Of a stretch of 64,000 nucleotides of DNA, positions 30,392-40,082 are shown one piece after another (position 1 is the stretch's first letter; each line of letters opens with the position of its first letter). Made by a program: the position numbers and the translations under genes. The notes beneath the pieces were generated by a model that was not told the origin of the DNA, made no database searches, and saw nothing but the letters and a program-made list of their open reading frames with translations. Source of the stretch: Candidatus Eiseniibacteriota bacterium (GTDB lineage Bacteria > Eisenbacteria > RBG-16-71-46 > CAIMUX01 > VGJL01); contig CAWBWI010000001.1 of assembly GCA_963792585.1 (NCBI GenBank), positions 384,001-448,000 of the forward strand, in the 5' to 3' direction.

Positions 30392-31648
30392 ATGCGGCAT
30401 CGCGCGGCCGGGCTGATCCTACGGGCCGTTCTGCTGGCGACGGCGCTCGCGGCCCCCGCCTGGGGGGACCCGTCCGATGATCCGCCCCCGACGCGGCACC
30501 TCGACCGGCCCCGCTTCAGCATCGACGCGGGGCCAATCTGGACCGGCGACACCTCGTGGGTCGCCGTGGAGATCGGGGTTCCTTTCCGCGAGCTGATGTT
30601 CCGCGCGGCCGATACCGGCTTCGAGGCGCAGTTCGACCTGATCGTCGTTCTCTACGACGGCAAGCGCCAGATTTCCGGCGACCTCTGGCACGAGACGGCG
30701 CGGGTGCGCACCCAGGCGCAAGCGCGCGAACCGGCGAACGCTTTCCAGCGCACCATTCGTCTTCCCGGCAAGCCCGGGCAGATGCGCGTCGAGGTCACGG
30801 TCAGTGAGCCATCGTCGGGAAACGAAGGGCGTCTGGCGCAGGACATCGATGTGCCCGATCTCTCTCGCGAGCCGCTCGTGATCGGGAAGATCTGGTTCGG
30901 TCAATGCCCGGCCGATTCCGCCGGGGGCGAATCGTTCCTGCCCGAACGGCCCGTCGTCTCGAGACGTTTCGGGCTCGCGCTCGGACCCGTCTGCGTATGG
31001 TCGCGCCTCTACACGCGGGCCCAGAACCCCGGCGAGCCGATCCGTCTCGAATGGCAGATCCTCGACGACCGTCGCGAGACCGTCGACCGCGACGAGATCC
31101 GATCGGTCGGAGGAGGGGCCAACGTGCCGATCTACTTCCACCTTCCCCTCGACAAGTTGTGGATGGGCAGCTACAGGCTTCGCCTGACGGCGCGTTCCGG
31201 CGAGCAGGAGGCGGTCCGCAACGTCGACTTCGAGATGGACGAGACGGTCATCACGCTGGATCACAATCCTGTGGAGAGCATCGCGCTCATCCGCTACATC
31301 GCCTCCGCCGACGAGATCGATGCCCTGGAGCGGGCCGCTCCCGAGGATCGGCAGAAAGCATGGGACGAATTCTGGGCGTCTCGAGGCCCCGACTTCAAGG
31401 AGGAGTTCTTCTCGCGCGTGCGATACGCGAACGAGCACTTCTCGAGTCTCGGACCCGGCTGGAAGACAGATCGGGGGATGGTCTACATTCAGTACGGCAC
31501 ACCGGACCAGATCGAGACGTATCCCCACAACATCGACACCCTGCCGTACGAGGTCTGGTCGTACTTCAGTCTCCGTCGGAGATTCGTCTTCGTGGACTAC
31601 GATGGATTTGGACGCTATGAGCTCTACACGCCGGGCCGTGCCCGTTAG
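30392..31648 (+). CDS. GWxTD domain-containing exported protein
   Basis: Signal peptide; C-terminal FW...RVRYANEHF...GWKTDRGMVYIQYGTPD...EVWSY. Confidence 0.88.
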   Translation: MRHRAAGLILRAVLLATALAAPAWGDPSDDPPPTRHLDRPRFSIDAGPIWTGDTSWVAVEIGVPFRELMFRAADTGFEAQFDLIVVLYDGKRQISGDLWHETARVRTQAQAREPANAFQRTIRLPGKPGQMRVEVTVSEPSSGNEGRLAQDIDVPDLSREPLVIGKIWFGQCPADSAGGESFLPERPVVSRRFGLALGPVCVWSRLYTRAQNPGEPIRLEWQILDDRRETVDRDEIRSVGGGANVPIYFHLPLDKLWMGSYRLRLTARSGEQEAVRNVDFEMDETVITLDHNPVESIALIRYIASADEIDALERAAPEDRQKAWDEFWASRGPDFKEEFFSRVRYANEHFSSLGPGWKTDRGMVYIQYGTPDQIETYPHNIDTLPYEVWSYFSLRRRFVFVDYDGFGRYELYTPGRAR

Positions 31649-32495
31649 CCGCGTCGTCTGCGTACCGTCGGTCGATCTGCGCGCGCGGCCCGACCACGGA
31701 GCGGAGTGCGTGAGCGAGAGCCCGATGGGCTCCCGCCTGGTCCTGCAGGGTCAGCGGGAGAACTTCCGGTGGTTACGCGTGTGCGCCCCGGACGGATACA
31801 TCGCCTGGACCCTCCGCTGGGGGACCTCTGATCCCCACCCGCGGTACGAAGCCGGCCGCGGGGTGTTCGTCACAGTCCCGCACGCGCTGCTCCGCGCCAC
31901 GCCCGCGAAGGAGGCCCCGCCGGTGACCCCTCTCTGGATGGGTTGCGGCCTGAGCCTCACGGGGCGCAAGCGGGGTCGCTCGCGTGAGGCCGTCACACCG
32001 GACGGTCGGGCCGGGTGGATCGATGTCGGTTCTCTCGAAGCGGAGGATCGGCCCGCTCTGGCGGGATTCTGGGATCCGCCGCTGCGTTCGCCCCGCTTCG
32101 GGGCCTCGCCGGAACGCGTGTGCGCGCGCGCCCTCGCCCTCCTGGGGACGCCCTATCGCTGGGGCGGAACCTCTCCCGGCGGATTCGACTGCTCCGGCTT
32201 CGTCCGCCTCGTCCTCGGCCTCGAGGGCGTCGTCCTTCCGCGCGATGCGCAAGATCAGGAAACCGCCCTCTCGGATCGCCGGGTCGATCGCCCGCCGGCA
32301 CGGCTGCGCGCGGGTGAGATCGTCTTCTTCGGCCCCCGTCGCGGTCGGGCCAACCACGTGGGCCTCGGAATCGGCGGGATGGCCGGTCGCCTCATCCACG
32401 CCAGCGGCCGCGTGCGGATCGCCGGGCTGAACCCAAGGGATCCGCTCTTCGATGCGGACCTCGCGCGCCAGGTGCGCTCGATCGCGCGTTCCTGA
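31638..32495 (+). CDS. NlpC/P60 (C40) peptidase with SH3-like domains
   Basis: LGTPYRWGG, GFDCSGFV, LPRDA, HVG, IHAS; N-terminal SH3b-like segments. Confidence 0.88.
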   Translation: MPVSRVVCVPSVDLRARPDHGAECVSESPMGSRLVLQGQRENFRWLRVCAPDGYIAWTLRWGTSDPHPRYEAGRGVFVTVPHALLRATPAKEAPPVTPLWMGCGLSLTGRKRGRSREAVTPDGRAGWIDVGSLEAEDRPALAGFWDPPLRSPRFGASPERVCARALALLGTPYRWGGTSPGGFDCSGFVRLVLGLEGVVLPRDAQDQETALSDRRVDRPPARLRAGEIVFFGPRRGRANHVGLGIGGMAGRLIHASGRVRIAGLNPRDPLFDADLARQVRSIARS

Positions 32496-32600
32496 GGCCG
32501 CCGGGTCCGTCTCCGATCCGTCCTCTCCTCCGCGACGCCCCATGAATCCGAGTGCGTAAGACAACACAACAGGGAGTCGCCAAATCTGCCGATCGGGGAG

Positions 32601-32628
32601 TTGACACCGCATCAAAGTCCTATAAACT
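32601..32628 (+). promoter_or_regulatory. Sigma70-type promoter of the hdr-flx operon
   Basis: TTGACA at 32601-32606; TAAACT at 32623-32628 (16-nt spacer) within TATAAACT. Confidence 0.65.
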
Positions 32629-32633
32629 TAGCC

Positions 32634-32651
32634 TTGTGATCTAAATCACAA
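32634..32651. promoter_or_regulatory. Palindromic operator, Rex- or CRP/FNR-family type
   Basis: TTGTGAT-CTAA-ATCACAA perfect 7-bp inverted repeat just downstream of the -10 box. Confidence 0.75.
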
Positions 32652-32697
32652 GCCTGCCGGTGGCCGCCCGGCCGGGATGTGGATGGGGAGGTGGAGT

Positions 32698-33228
32698 ATG
32701 TCGGGTCCAACGGCGGCGCTGCGCGCCGGGGTGGCGGAGTCTACCGCCCAGAACCCATTTCGCTGCTACCAGTGCGGGAACTGCTCTGCCGGATGTCCCA
32801 TGTCCGGTCACGGGGATCTCCTCCCGCACAGCATCTTCCGCCTTCTACAGATGGACAGCGATCGCCCGCTCCACGCGATGCAGCCTTGGCTCTGCGTCGG
32901 CTGTCAGACGTGCGCCGTGCGCTGTCCCCAAGAACTCGACCTGTCCCGCGTGATGGACTACCTGCGCGCCGAACAGGTCCGGCGGGGGACCGTGCCGCGC
33001 GAGGCAAAGCGGATGGCCGCCTTCAATCGGATCTTCCTCGAAAGGATCCTGGCCGGCGGACGTCTCTCCGAGATCGAGCTCGGCGTCTACTTCAACATGG
33101 CGATCCGCAATCCGCTCGAGAATGCCGCCGCGCTCCCGGGGCTTCTGACCCGAGGGAAGTTCAAGCTGCCCGGCCGGGCCATCCGCGGTCCCGGCGTCGC
33201 CGCCAAGCGCGCGGGGAGGTCGTCATGA
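32698..33228 (+). CDS. hdrC: Heterodisulfide reductase subunit C
   Basis: CYQCGNCSAGCP and WLCVGCQTCAVRCP; directly upstream of hdrB. Confidence 0.9.
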   Translation: MSGPTAALRAGVAESTAQNPFRCYQCGNCSAGCPMSGHGDLLPHSIFRLLQMDSDRPLHAMQPWLCVGCQTCAVRCPQELDLSRVMDYLRAEQVRRGTVPREAKRMAAFNRIFLERILAGGRLSEIELGVYFNMAIRNPLENAAALPGLLTRGKFKLPGRAIRGPGVAAKRAGRSS

Positions 33229-34112
33229 GCCGCTTCTCCTATTTCCCAGGTTGCTCCCTCCACTCGACCGCCCGCGAGTACGACGAGTCGATCCGCGCCA
33301 TCGCTGAACTCCTCGGGTTCGAGTTGAACGAAGTCCAGGACTGGTGCTGCTGCGGCGCCACGCCGGCGCACGCTCTCGACCCGAATGCGGCGAACATCCT
33401 CGGGATGTGGAATCTCGAGCACGCGCGGCGCGCCGGGACCGACCCGCTCCTGACCGGCTGCGCGTCGTGCTTCTCGCGACTGCGCGCCGTGCGGGAGGAG
33501 ATGGACGCGTCCCCCGAGCACCTCAACGATGCGCGCTCGAGGCTCGGCCTGATCGAGGACCCTCGTGTCGACGTCGTTCACATCGCCCAGGTCCTCATGC
33601 AGGAGGAGAACCGCGAGCGGCTGCGGGCCGCGATCCGACGTCCTCTCAAGGGCCTCCGGATCGCCAGCTACTACGGGTGCCTGCTGACGCGCCCCCGAGG
33701 CGATGGCGCAGTCGACGATGTCGAGGATCCCCGCATCCTGGAGGATCTGGTCACGCTGGTCGGGGCAGAGCCCGTCGAATGGCCGCTGCGCCTGGACTGC
33801 TGTGGCGCATCCATGGCTCTGCCTCGTCCCGATCTCGTGCACGAACTCTCGGGCAAGCTCCTCGCGATGGCCCACGAGCGGGGGGCGCAGGTGATGATGG
33901 TCGCCTGCCCCCTTTGCCACTCGAACCTCGACTTCCAGCAGGCGACGATCCTGAAGAAGATGGGGCAGGACTGGCGGATGCCGATCCTCTACCTGACGCA
34001 GGTCATCGGGCTCGCGCTGGGGGTCTCGGCTTCGACGCTGGGGATCACGCGTCACTATGTCCCCGTACCCATCGATGCGTTGCTCTCCTCGGGGGAGGTG
34101 AACCGTGTCTAG
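33225..34112 (+). CDS. hdrB: Heterodisulfide reductase subunit B
   Basis: YFPGCSL, two CCG domains (WCCCGA..GCASC; YYGC..CCGAS..ACPLCHSNLD). Confidence 0.93.
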   Translation: MSRFSYFPGCSLHSTAREYDESIRAIAELLGFELNEVQDWCCCGATPAHALDPNAANILGMWNLEHARRAGTDPLLTGCASCFSRLRAVREEMDASPEHLNDARSRLGLIEDPRVDVVHIAQVLMQEENRERLRAAIRRPLKGLRIASYYGCLLTRPRGDGAVDDVEDPRILEDLVTLVGAEPVEWPLRLDCCGASMALPRPDLVHELSGKLLAMAHERGAQVMMVACPLCHSNLDFQQATILKKMGQDWRMPILYLTQVIGLALGVSASTLGITRHYVPVPIDALLSSGEVNRV

Positions 34113-36102
34113 GATCGGCGTCTTCGTTTGCCATTGCGGCGAGAACATCGGACGGACGGTCGATTGCGCCCGCGTGGCGGAAGCCGCGAACGAGCTGCCC
34201 GGAGTCGTGCTCTCGACCGACTACAAGTACATGTGTTCCGATCCGGGGCAGAACAAGATCCGCGAAGCGATCCGCGATCTGCATCTCGACGGGGTCGTCG
34301 TGGCCGCCTGCAGCCCCGCGATGCACGAACCGACCTTCCGGCGCGCGACCGCCAACGAAGGGGTGAACCCCTTCCGGTGCGAGATGGTCAACGTCCGGGA
34401 GCACTGCTCGTGGGTCCACGAGGATCGGGACGAGGCGACGGCCAAGGCGATCGACCTCGTCCGGATGATGGTCGAGAAGGTCAAGCGCAACGAGGATCTC
34501 TTCCCGATCAAGGTCCCGATGACGCGACGCGCGCTCGTGGTCGGCGGCGGCATCGCCGGGATCCAGGCTGCGCTCGACATGGCCAACGCGGGCATCCCGG
34601 TCGTGATGGTGGAACGCGAGCCGTCGATCGGCGGCCATATGAGTCAGCTTTCCGAGACCTTTCCGACGCTCGACTGCTCGCAGTGCATTCTGACGCCGCG
34701 CATGGTCGAGGTCGCGCAGCATCCGCTCATCACCCTCCACACCTATTCCGAGGTCGAGGAGGTGCGCGGCTACATCGGAAATTTCAAGGCCGTCATTCGC
34801 AAGAAGGCCCGAAGCGTCGACATGTCCAAGTGCACCGGTTGCGGGATCTGCCAGCAGAAGTGCCCGCAGAAGAAGCTGCCTTCGACCTTCGACGCGGGTC
34901 TCGGGAACCGGGCCGCGATCTACATCCCGTTCCCGCAGGCGGTGCCGAACAAGCCGGTGATCGACCGCGAGCACTGCACCTACTACAAGAACGGGAAGTG
35001 CGGGGTCTGCAAGAAATTCTGCGGCCCCGACGCGATCGATTTCGATCAGCAGGACGAGCTGGTCACGGAAGAAGTCGGCGCCGTGGTCCTCGCGACCGGC
35101 TATCAGCTCTACAAGATCGGGGACCCCGAGCCCGGGCTGCGCGGGTATCCCGAGTATGGCGGCGGCAAGCTGGCCGATGTGATCGATGGGCTGCAGTTCG
35201 AACGACTGGCCTCCGCCTCGGGTCCCACGGGCGGGGAGATCAGACGCCCATCGGACGGGAAGATCCCGAAGACCGTCGTATTCCTCCAGTGCATCGGCAG
35301 CCGCGACAAGTCCAAGGGGATGGAATACTGCTCGAAGATCTGCTGCATGTACACGGCGAAGCACGCCTTGCTGTACAAGCACAAGGTCCATGACGGCAAG
35401 GCGATGGTCTTCTACATGGACGTGCGCGCTCCGGGGAAGGGGTACGACGAGTTCGTGCGCCGCGCCGTCGAGGAGGACGAGGTCCTCTACCTCCGCGGTC
35501 GCGTGTCGCGCCTGTACGAGGACAACGGCCAGATCGTCGTCTCGGGCGTGGACACGCTGTCGGCCGGGGCGGTGGAGATCCGCGCGGATCTCGTCGTCCT
35601 TGCGACCGCGATCCGTCCCCAGCCCGACGCGCGGACGCTCGCGCAAAAGGTGGGGGTCGGCTACGACCGGGACGGCTATTACTCCGAGGCCCATCCCAAG
35701 CTGCGGCCCGTCGAAGCGCCTGCCGCGGGCATCTTCCTCGCTGGGGCGTGCCAGGGTCCGAAGGACATCCCGGAGGCGGTCGCGCAAGCGAGCGCAGCCG
35801 CATCGAAGGCGATGATTCTCTTTTCGAAGGAGATCCTCGAGCGCGAGCCGATCGTGGCGCGCGTCAACGAGGCCACCTGCGCCGGTTGCTTCGCGTGCAA
35901 GGAAGTCTGCGCCTACGGCGCCATCGAAACGCTCGACATCCTGGACCGGCAGGGCAACATCGTGCGCCGCGTCGCGCACGTCAATCCGGGCGTGTGCAAC
36001 GGGTGCGGGACGTGCGAGGCGATCTGTCCGTCGAAGTCGATGGACCTGTCCGGTTACACCGACGAGCAGATCTTCGCGCAAATCGGCGCGCTCGAGCCGT
36101 AG
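34105..36102 (+). CDS. hdrA: Heterodisulfide reductase subunit A
   Basis: IGVFVCHCGENI, GGGIAG, TFPTLDCSQCIL, QCIGSRD, YCSKICC, GACQGPKDIP, ferredoxin motifs. Confidence 0.96.
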   Translation: MSRIGVFVCHCGENIGRTVDCARVAEAANELPGVVLSTDYKYMCSDPGQNKIREAIRDLHLDGVVVAACSPAMHEPTFRRATANEGVNPFRCEMVNVREHCSWVHEDRDEATAKAIDLVRMMVEKVKRNEDLFPIKVPMTRRALVVGGGIAGIQAALDMANAGIPVVMVEREPSIGGHMSQLSETFPTLDCSQCILTPRMVEVAQHPLITLHTYSEVEEVRGYIGNFKAVIRKKARSVDMSKCTGCGICQQKCPQKKLPSTFDAGLGNRAAIYIPFPQAVPNKPVIDREHCTYYKNGKCGVCKKFCGPDAIDFDQQDELVTEEVGAVVLATGYQLYKIGDPEPGLRGYPEYGGGKLADVIDGLQFERLASASGPTGGEIRRPSDGKIPKTVVFLQCIGSRDKSKGMEYCSKICCMYTAKHALLYKHKVHDGKAMVFYMDVRAPGKGYDEFVRRAVEEDEVLYLRGRVSRLYEDNGQIVVSGVDTLSAGAVEIRADLVVLATAIRPQPDARTLAQKVGVGYDRDGYYSEAHPKLRPVEAPAAGIFLAGACQGPKDIPEAVAQASAAASKAMILFSKEILEREPIVARVNEATCAGCFACKEVCAYGAIETLDILDRQGNIVRRVAHVNPGVCNGCGTCEAICPSKSMDLSGYTDEQIFAQIGALEP

Positions 36103-36117
36103 GGAGGCGGGGCAACG

Positions 36118-37365
36118 ATGAGCAGCGAAACCGAAACCAAGGCGAATCCGACCTGGCAGCCTCGCATCACCGCGTTCGTCTGCCGTTGGTGCACGTATGC
36201 GGGGGCGGATCTGGCCGGCACGAGTCGCCTGAAGTACCCGCCGCAGATCCGGATCGTGAAGCTGCCCTGCAGCGGGAGGATCGATCCGCTCTTTCTCCTG
36301 CGGGCGTTCCAGATGGGGACCGACGGAGTTCTCGTCTCCGGATGCCATCCGGGGGATTGTCACTACATCAGCGGCAACTACTATGCGAGGCGCCGCTGGG
36401 TCATGTTCCGCGAGCTCCTCGAGTTCGTTGGCTTCGACATGCGACGTGTTCACTTCTCGTGGGTGTCCGCGGCGGAGGGGGCGAAGTTCGTAGACGTCGT
36501 GAAGAACGTGACCGAGGCGGTCCGGGAGGCGGGACCCTACCCCGGCTTTGCTCCCGCCGGTTCCCGGGACGGACGGATCCGGGCCGCCGAGGCGGTGAAG
36601 GCCAGGGCGGTGGAACCATCCTTCGATGCGATGCGCCAGGATCTCGAGTCGGGCAAGGTACGGGCCGTTCTCGGATATCGGGAAGGACGGATCGCGGGGA
36701 GCCTGAGTCCGGCATGGGCGCGGTCTCCGTCCGAGGCTGCGCGGCTCCGGTACGCGGATGGTGCGACGCCTTCTCTGGTGGGTTATCTGGTCCGCCAACT
36801 GAAACAGGATCCGCTGGCGTCGTACGGCATCATCGCCGGTCCCCAAGAACGGGCGGCGATTGCCATGCTCCAAGCCGAAAATCAGATCGATCCGACCCAC
36901 GTGGTCGTCTATGAACAGACGGGCGATCTCCGCGCCGACGGGGACAAGGAAGCCTGGGATCTCTATCCGGTCCCCTCGATGGCGAGCCCCCTGCAAGATC
37001 GGTGGGACTTCTGGAGCGGGGAGTTCGCCCGTTGCCTTCGCTGCAATGCATGCCGCCAGGGCTGTCCGCTCTGCACCTGCACACGTTGCATCGCCGACAA
37101 GTCGCGGCCTCGCTGGATCGATGCCTCGCCGCGCCCGGAAGGCAACTGGGTCTGGAACATCACGAGGGCCTTCCATCATGCGGGGCACTGTGTCGAGTGC
37201 GGGGGATGCACCGCCGCCTGTCCGGCCGGGATACCGCTTGGGGCGTTGACCCACCATCTCGACCGCGCGGCCGTCCGCCACTTCGGGCAACCCGCGGACG
37301 GGGAAGCCCATCGCTCGCCCCTGGTCGCCTATCGGCTCGAGGACGAGGCCTCGTTCATTCTCTAG
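36118..37365 (+). CDS. flxCD: FlxD (MvhD-like 2Fe-2S) fused to FlxC (4Fe-4S dicluster)
   Basis: N-terminal FVCRWCTYAGADLAG, PCSGRID, GCHPGDCHY; C-terminal CLRCNACRQGCPLC.C..C and CVECGGCTAACP. Confidence 0.88.
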   Translation: MSSETETKANPTWQPRITAFVCRWCTYAGADLAGTSRLKYPPQIRIVKLPCSGRIDPLFLLRAFQMGTDGVLVSGCHPGDCHYISGNYYARRRWVMFRELLEFVGFDMRRVHFSWVSAAEGAKFVDVVKNVTEAVREAGPYPGFAPAGSRDGRIRAAEAVKARAVEPSFDAMRQDLESGKVRAVLGYREGRIAGSLSPAWARSPSEAARLRYADGATPSLVGYLVRQLKQDPLASYGIIAGPQERAAIAMLQAENQIDPTHVVVYEQTGDLRADGDKEAWDLYPVPSMASPLQDRWDFWSGEFARCLRCNACRQGCPLCTCTRCIADKSRPRWIDASPRPEGNWVWNITRAFHHAGHCVECGGCTAACPAGIPLGALTHHLDRAAVRHFGQPADGEAHRSPLVAYRLEDEASFIL

Positions 37366-37378
37366 CTCGGAGGTGGAG

Positions 37379-38399
37379 ATGTCGGAACACTGGACGCTGG
37401 CCGATCTGAAGAGCTTCGCGCGGACCCTTCTGGAGACGCATCGGGTGGTCGCCCCGGTGCCCGGGCCCGAGGGACCCGTGTGGGGCGAAGTCAAGGACCC
37501 CGAAGATATCGCCTGGGACTACGGCCGCACGGCGATCTCACCGCGGAGCTGGATGATCCCGCGGTGCGAGACGCTCTTCAGCTACGACGTCGCGTCGAAC
37601 CCGCCGCGCATCGAGGAGCCTTCCCTGGAGATGAAGCCGACCGCCTTGTTCCTTCTGCGAACCTGCGACGTCGCCGGGCTGCGCGCGCTCGACGCCGTCA
37701 TGAGGTGGGACTACGAGGACGAGCCGTTACGAAGCGCGGCGCAAGGCGACCCTGTTCGTCGCGCTGGGCTGCGACGCGCCGCCCTCTCCCGAGAGTTGCT
37801 TCTGCGAGTCCGCGGGGCTCGATCCGGGCTGGGCCGAGGATGCGGACATCATGATCGTCCCTTCGCGATCGGAGAGCGGGCCCCGCTACTCCGTTCACGC
37901 CCTCACCGAGACGGGGCGCGCGCGCCTCGCGAACGCGCCGGGTCCCGTCGCCGCGAAACGTCCCGAAACGACGTCGATCGGCACGGTGAAGGTCGACGTG
38001 GAACGGGCCAGAGCCTGGATGCGGGAGCATTTCGATGACTCCGGCTGGGAGAAGGTCGCCGAGGCCTGCATGGGTTGCGGAACCTGCGCTTTCGTCTGTC
38101 CGAGCTGCCACTGCTTCGATGTGCTCGACGAAGGAGATTGGCGACGCGGGGAGCGCGTGCGCTTCTGGGATTCCTGCGCCTTCGATCACTTCACGGCGCA
38201 TGCCTCGGGCCACAATCCTCGTCCGAAGCAAGCGAACCGATATCGGCAACGCATCTACCACAAGTTCATCTATTACCCGGACAAGTTCGACCGGCTGCTG
38301 TGCACCGGGTGCGGCCGATGCGTCGATGCCTGTCCCGGCGGAGTCGATCTGATCGAGATCCTGCAGGGGCTTGGACGGCAGGAGGTGACGGGAGCATGA
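37379..38399 (+). CDS. flxB: FlxB (AsrA-like 4Fe-4S protein), one frameshift near 37727
   Basis: RTCDV, CFC, CMGCGTCAFVCPSCHCF, WDSC, RQRIYHKF, CTGCGRCVDACP. Confidence 0.85.
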
Positions 38400-39235
38400 G
38401 ACTCTACACTCCACACCTGATGCGCATCGAGGAGTCCCGCATGGAGACTCCTGACGTGAAGACGCTCAAGCTGCGTTTCCTCGACCCGGAGGCGGCAGAG
38501 CGGTTCCAGTTCCGTGCGGGTCAGTTCGGCCTCTACTCGGTCTTCGGCGAGGGGGAATCGACCTTCTGCATCGCCTCTCCGCCGACCCGTACGGGCTACA
38601 TCGAGTGCACATTCCGCGCGCGTTGGCAAGGTGACCGACGTCCTCCGCAAGAAGGAAGTGGGAGACATGATCGGCTTCCGGGGCCCATACGGCAATTCCT
38701 TCCCCATGGAATCGTTTGCCGGCAAGGACCTGCTCTTCGTCATCGGCGGGATCGCGCTGCCGCCGCTGCGTTGCGTTATCTGGAACGTCCTCGATCTTCG
38801 TGACCGAGTACGGCAAGGTGAGGATCGTCTACGGCGCTCGCACGCGTCGCCGATCTCGTCTACAAGGATGAGTTGAAGGAGTGGGGGGAGCGCAGCGACG
38901 TGGATCTGGTCACCACCGTCGATCCCGGCGGCGAGACGCCCGATTGGAAGGGGAAGATCGGGTTCGTGCCGACGGTCCTCGACCAGGTTGCGCCACCGTC
39001 GGCCAACTCGATCGCTTTCGTTTGCGGACCGCCGATCATGATCAAGTTCTCGATGCCGATCCTCGAGAAGCTCGGCTTCACGCCGCCGCAGATCTACACG
39101 ACCCTCGAGAACCGGATGAAGTGTGGGGTAGGCAAGTGCGGACGCTGCAACATCGGCCAGACCTATGTCTGCAAGGAAGGGCCGGTCTTCACGGCGGAGG
39201 ATTTGCTCGCGCTCCCGATGGCGAGCGACTACTAG
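38396..39235 (+). CDS. flxA: FlxA (AsrB/PyrK-like FAD/NAD-binding 2Fe-2S subunit), frameshifted
   Basis: AGQF, RGPYGNSF, GGIALPPLR, CGPPIMIKF, LENRMKCGVGKCGRCNIG..YVCKEGPVF; indels near 38620 and 38820-38850. Confidence 0.85.
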
Positions 39236-39274
39236 CGAGCGGGCCGGGCGCCGCACGGCGCCCTCGAGCTCACC

Positions 39275-39312
39275 CGCGGAGGCCGGGAGCGATCCCGGTC
39301 TCCGTGTTTTTT
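39275..39312 (+). terminator. Intrinsic terminator of the hdr-flx operon
   Basis: 14-bp stem CGCGGAGGCCGGGA / TCCCGGTCTCCGTG (two G-U pairs), GCGA tetraloop, then TTTTTT. Confidence 0.85.
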
Positions 39313-39440
39313 CAGGTGGTCTTGAATCCCGGCGCGGGCGACTTCATCGATCCCACGGGCCCGTCACGCCGGTCTGGATTTCGCTCTCCGTTCGTGTAAG
39401 AATGCCCGCCATCGAATCCCGATCCGCGGATGGAGGTCTC

Positions 39441-40000
39441 ATGTACTCCCAGCGACTCGAAAAGGCGATCCGGCTGATGCTCCACGCCCACGCGGGGCAG
39501 CTGCGAAAGGCCGATCCCCAGGTTCCGTATGCGACCCACCCCTTCCATGTGGCCCTCATGGTGCGGGAGGCGGGAGGGACGAGGACTGCGTCATCTCCGC
39601 CCTGCTCCACGACGTGCTCGAGGATACCGACGTGACGGCCGAGGATCTGGAGGAAGCATTCGGCCCGCGCGTGGCCGCGATCGTGCGCGAGGTCTCCGAG
39701 GACAAGACACTCTCCTGGGAAGATCGGAAGGCGAGGATGGTCGAGCACCTTCGCGTCGCTTCGAGAGAGGCCTGTCTGGTCGCCGCGGCCGACAAGATCC
39801 ACAACCTCGAGACGCTGGTCGACGCGCATCGCCGTTTCGGCGGCGTGATCTGGACCGCGTTTCGCCGCGGGCCCGAAGCGACCGTTCGCTTTCATCGGGA
39901 GGCTTTCGATGCCATGCGCGATCGGATCCCCGGGGGCCTGCAGACGAGCTTCCTGAGGGCGATTGCCTCAGCGGAAGAAGTCGCGGGGCGACCGATCTAG
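39441..40000 (+). CDS. Stand-alone HD-domain hydrolase, SpoT-HD/Mesh1 (small alarmone hydrolase) type; frameshift near 39578
   Basis: HAGQLRK..PYATHP..VA, ALLHDVLEDT, ADKIHN. Confidence 0.82.
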
Positions 40001-40028
40001 TCCGGGCGGTCGAAACCGCAAAGCGAAG

Positions 40029-40060
40029 CAGGCCCGCGCGGTGTCTCCCGCGCGGGCCTG
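40029..40060. terminator. Perfect 13-bp hairpin between convergent genes
   Basis: CAGGCCCGCGCGG-TGTCTC-CCGCGCGGGCCTG. Confidence 0.6.
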
Positions 40061-40082
40061 ACTGTTCCATGGAATCGTCTGG

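Noticed and set aside
34105..37365. Selenocysteine in HdrA or the MvhD-like domain
   Set aside because: Both frames are open with Cys codons and no in-frame TGA
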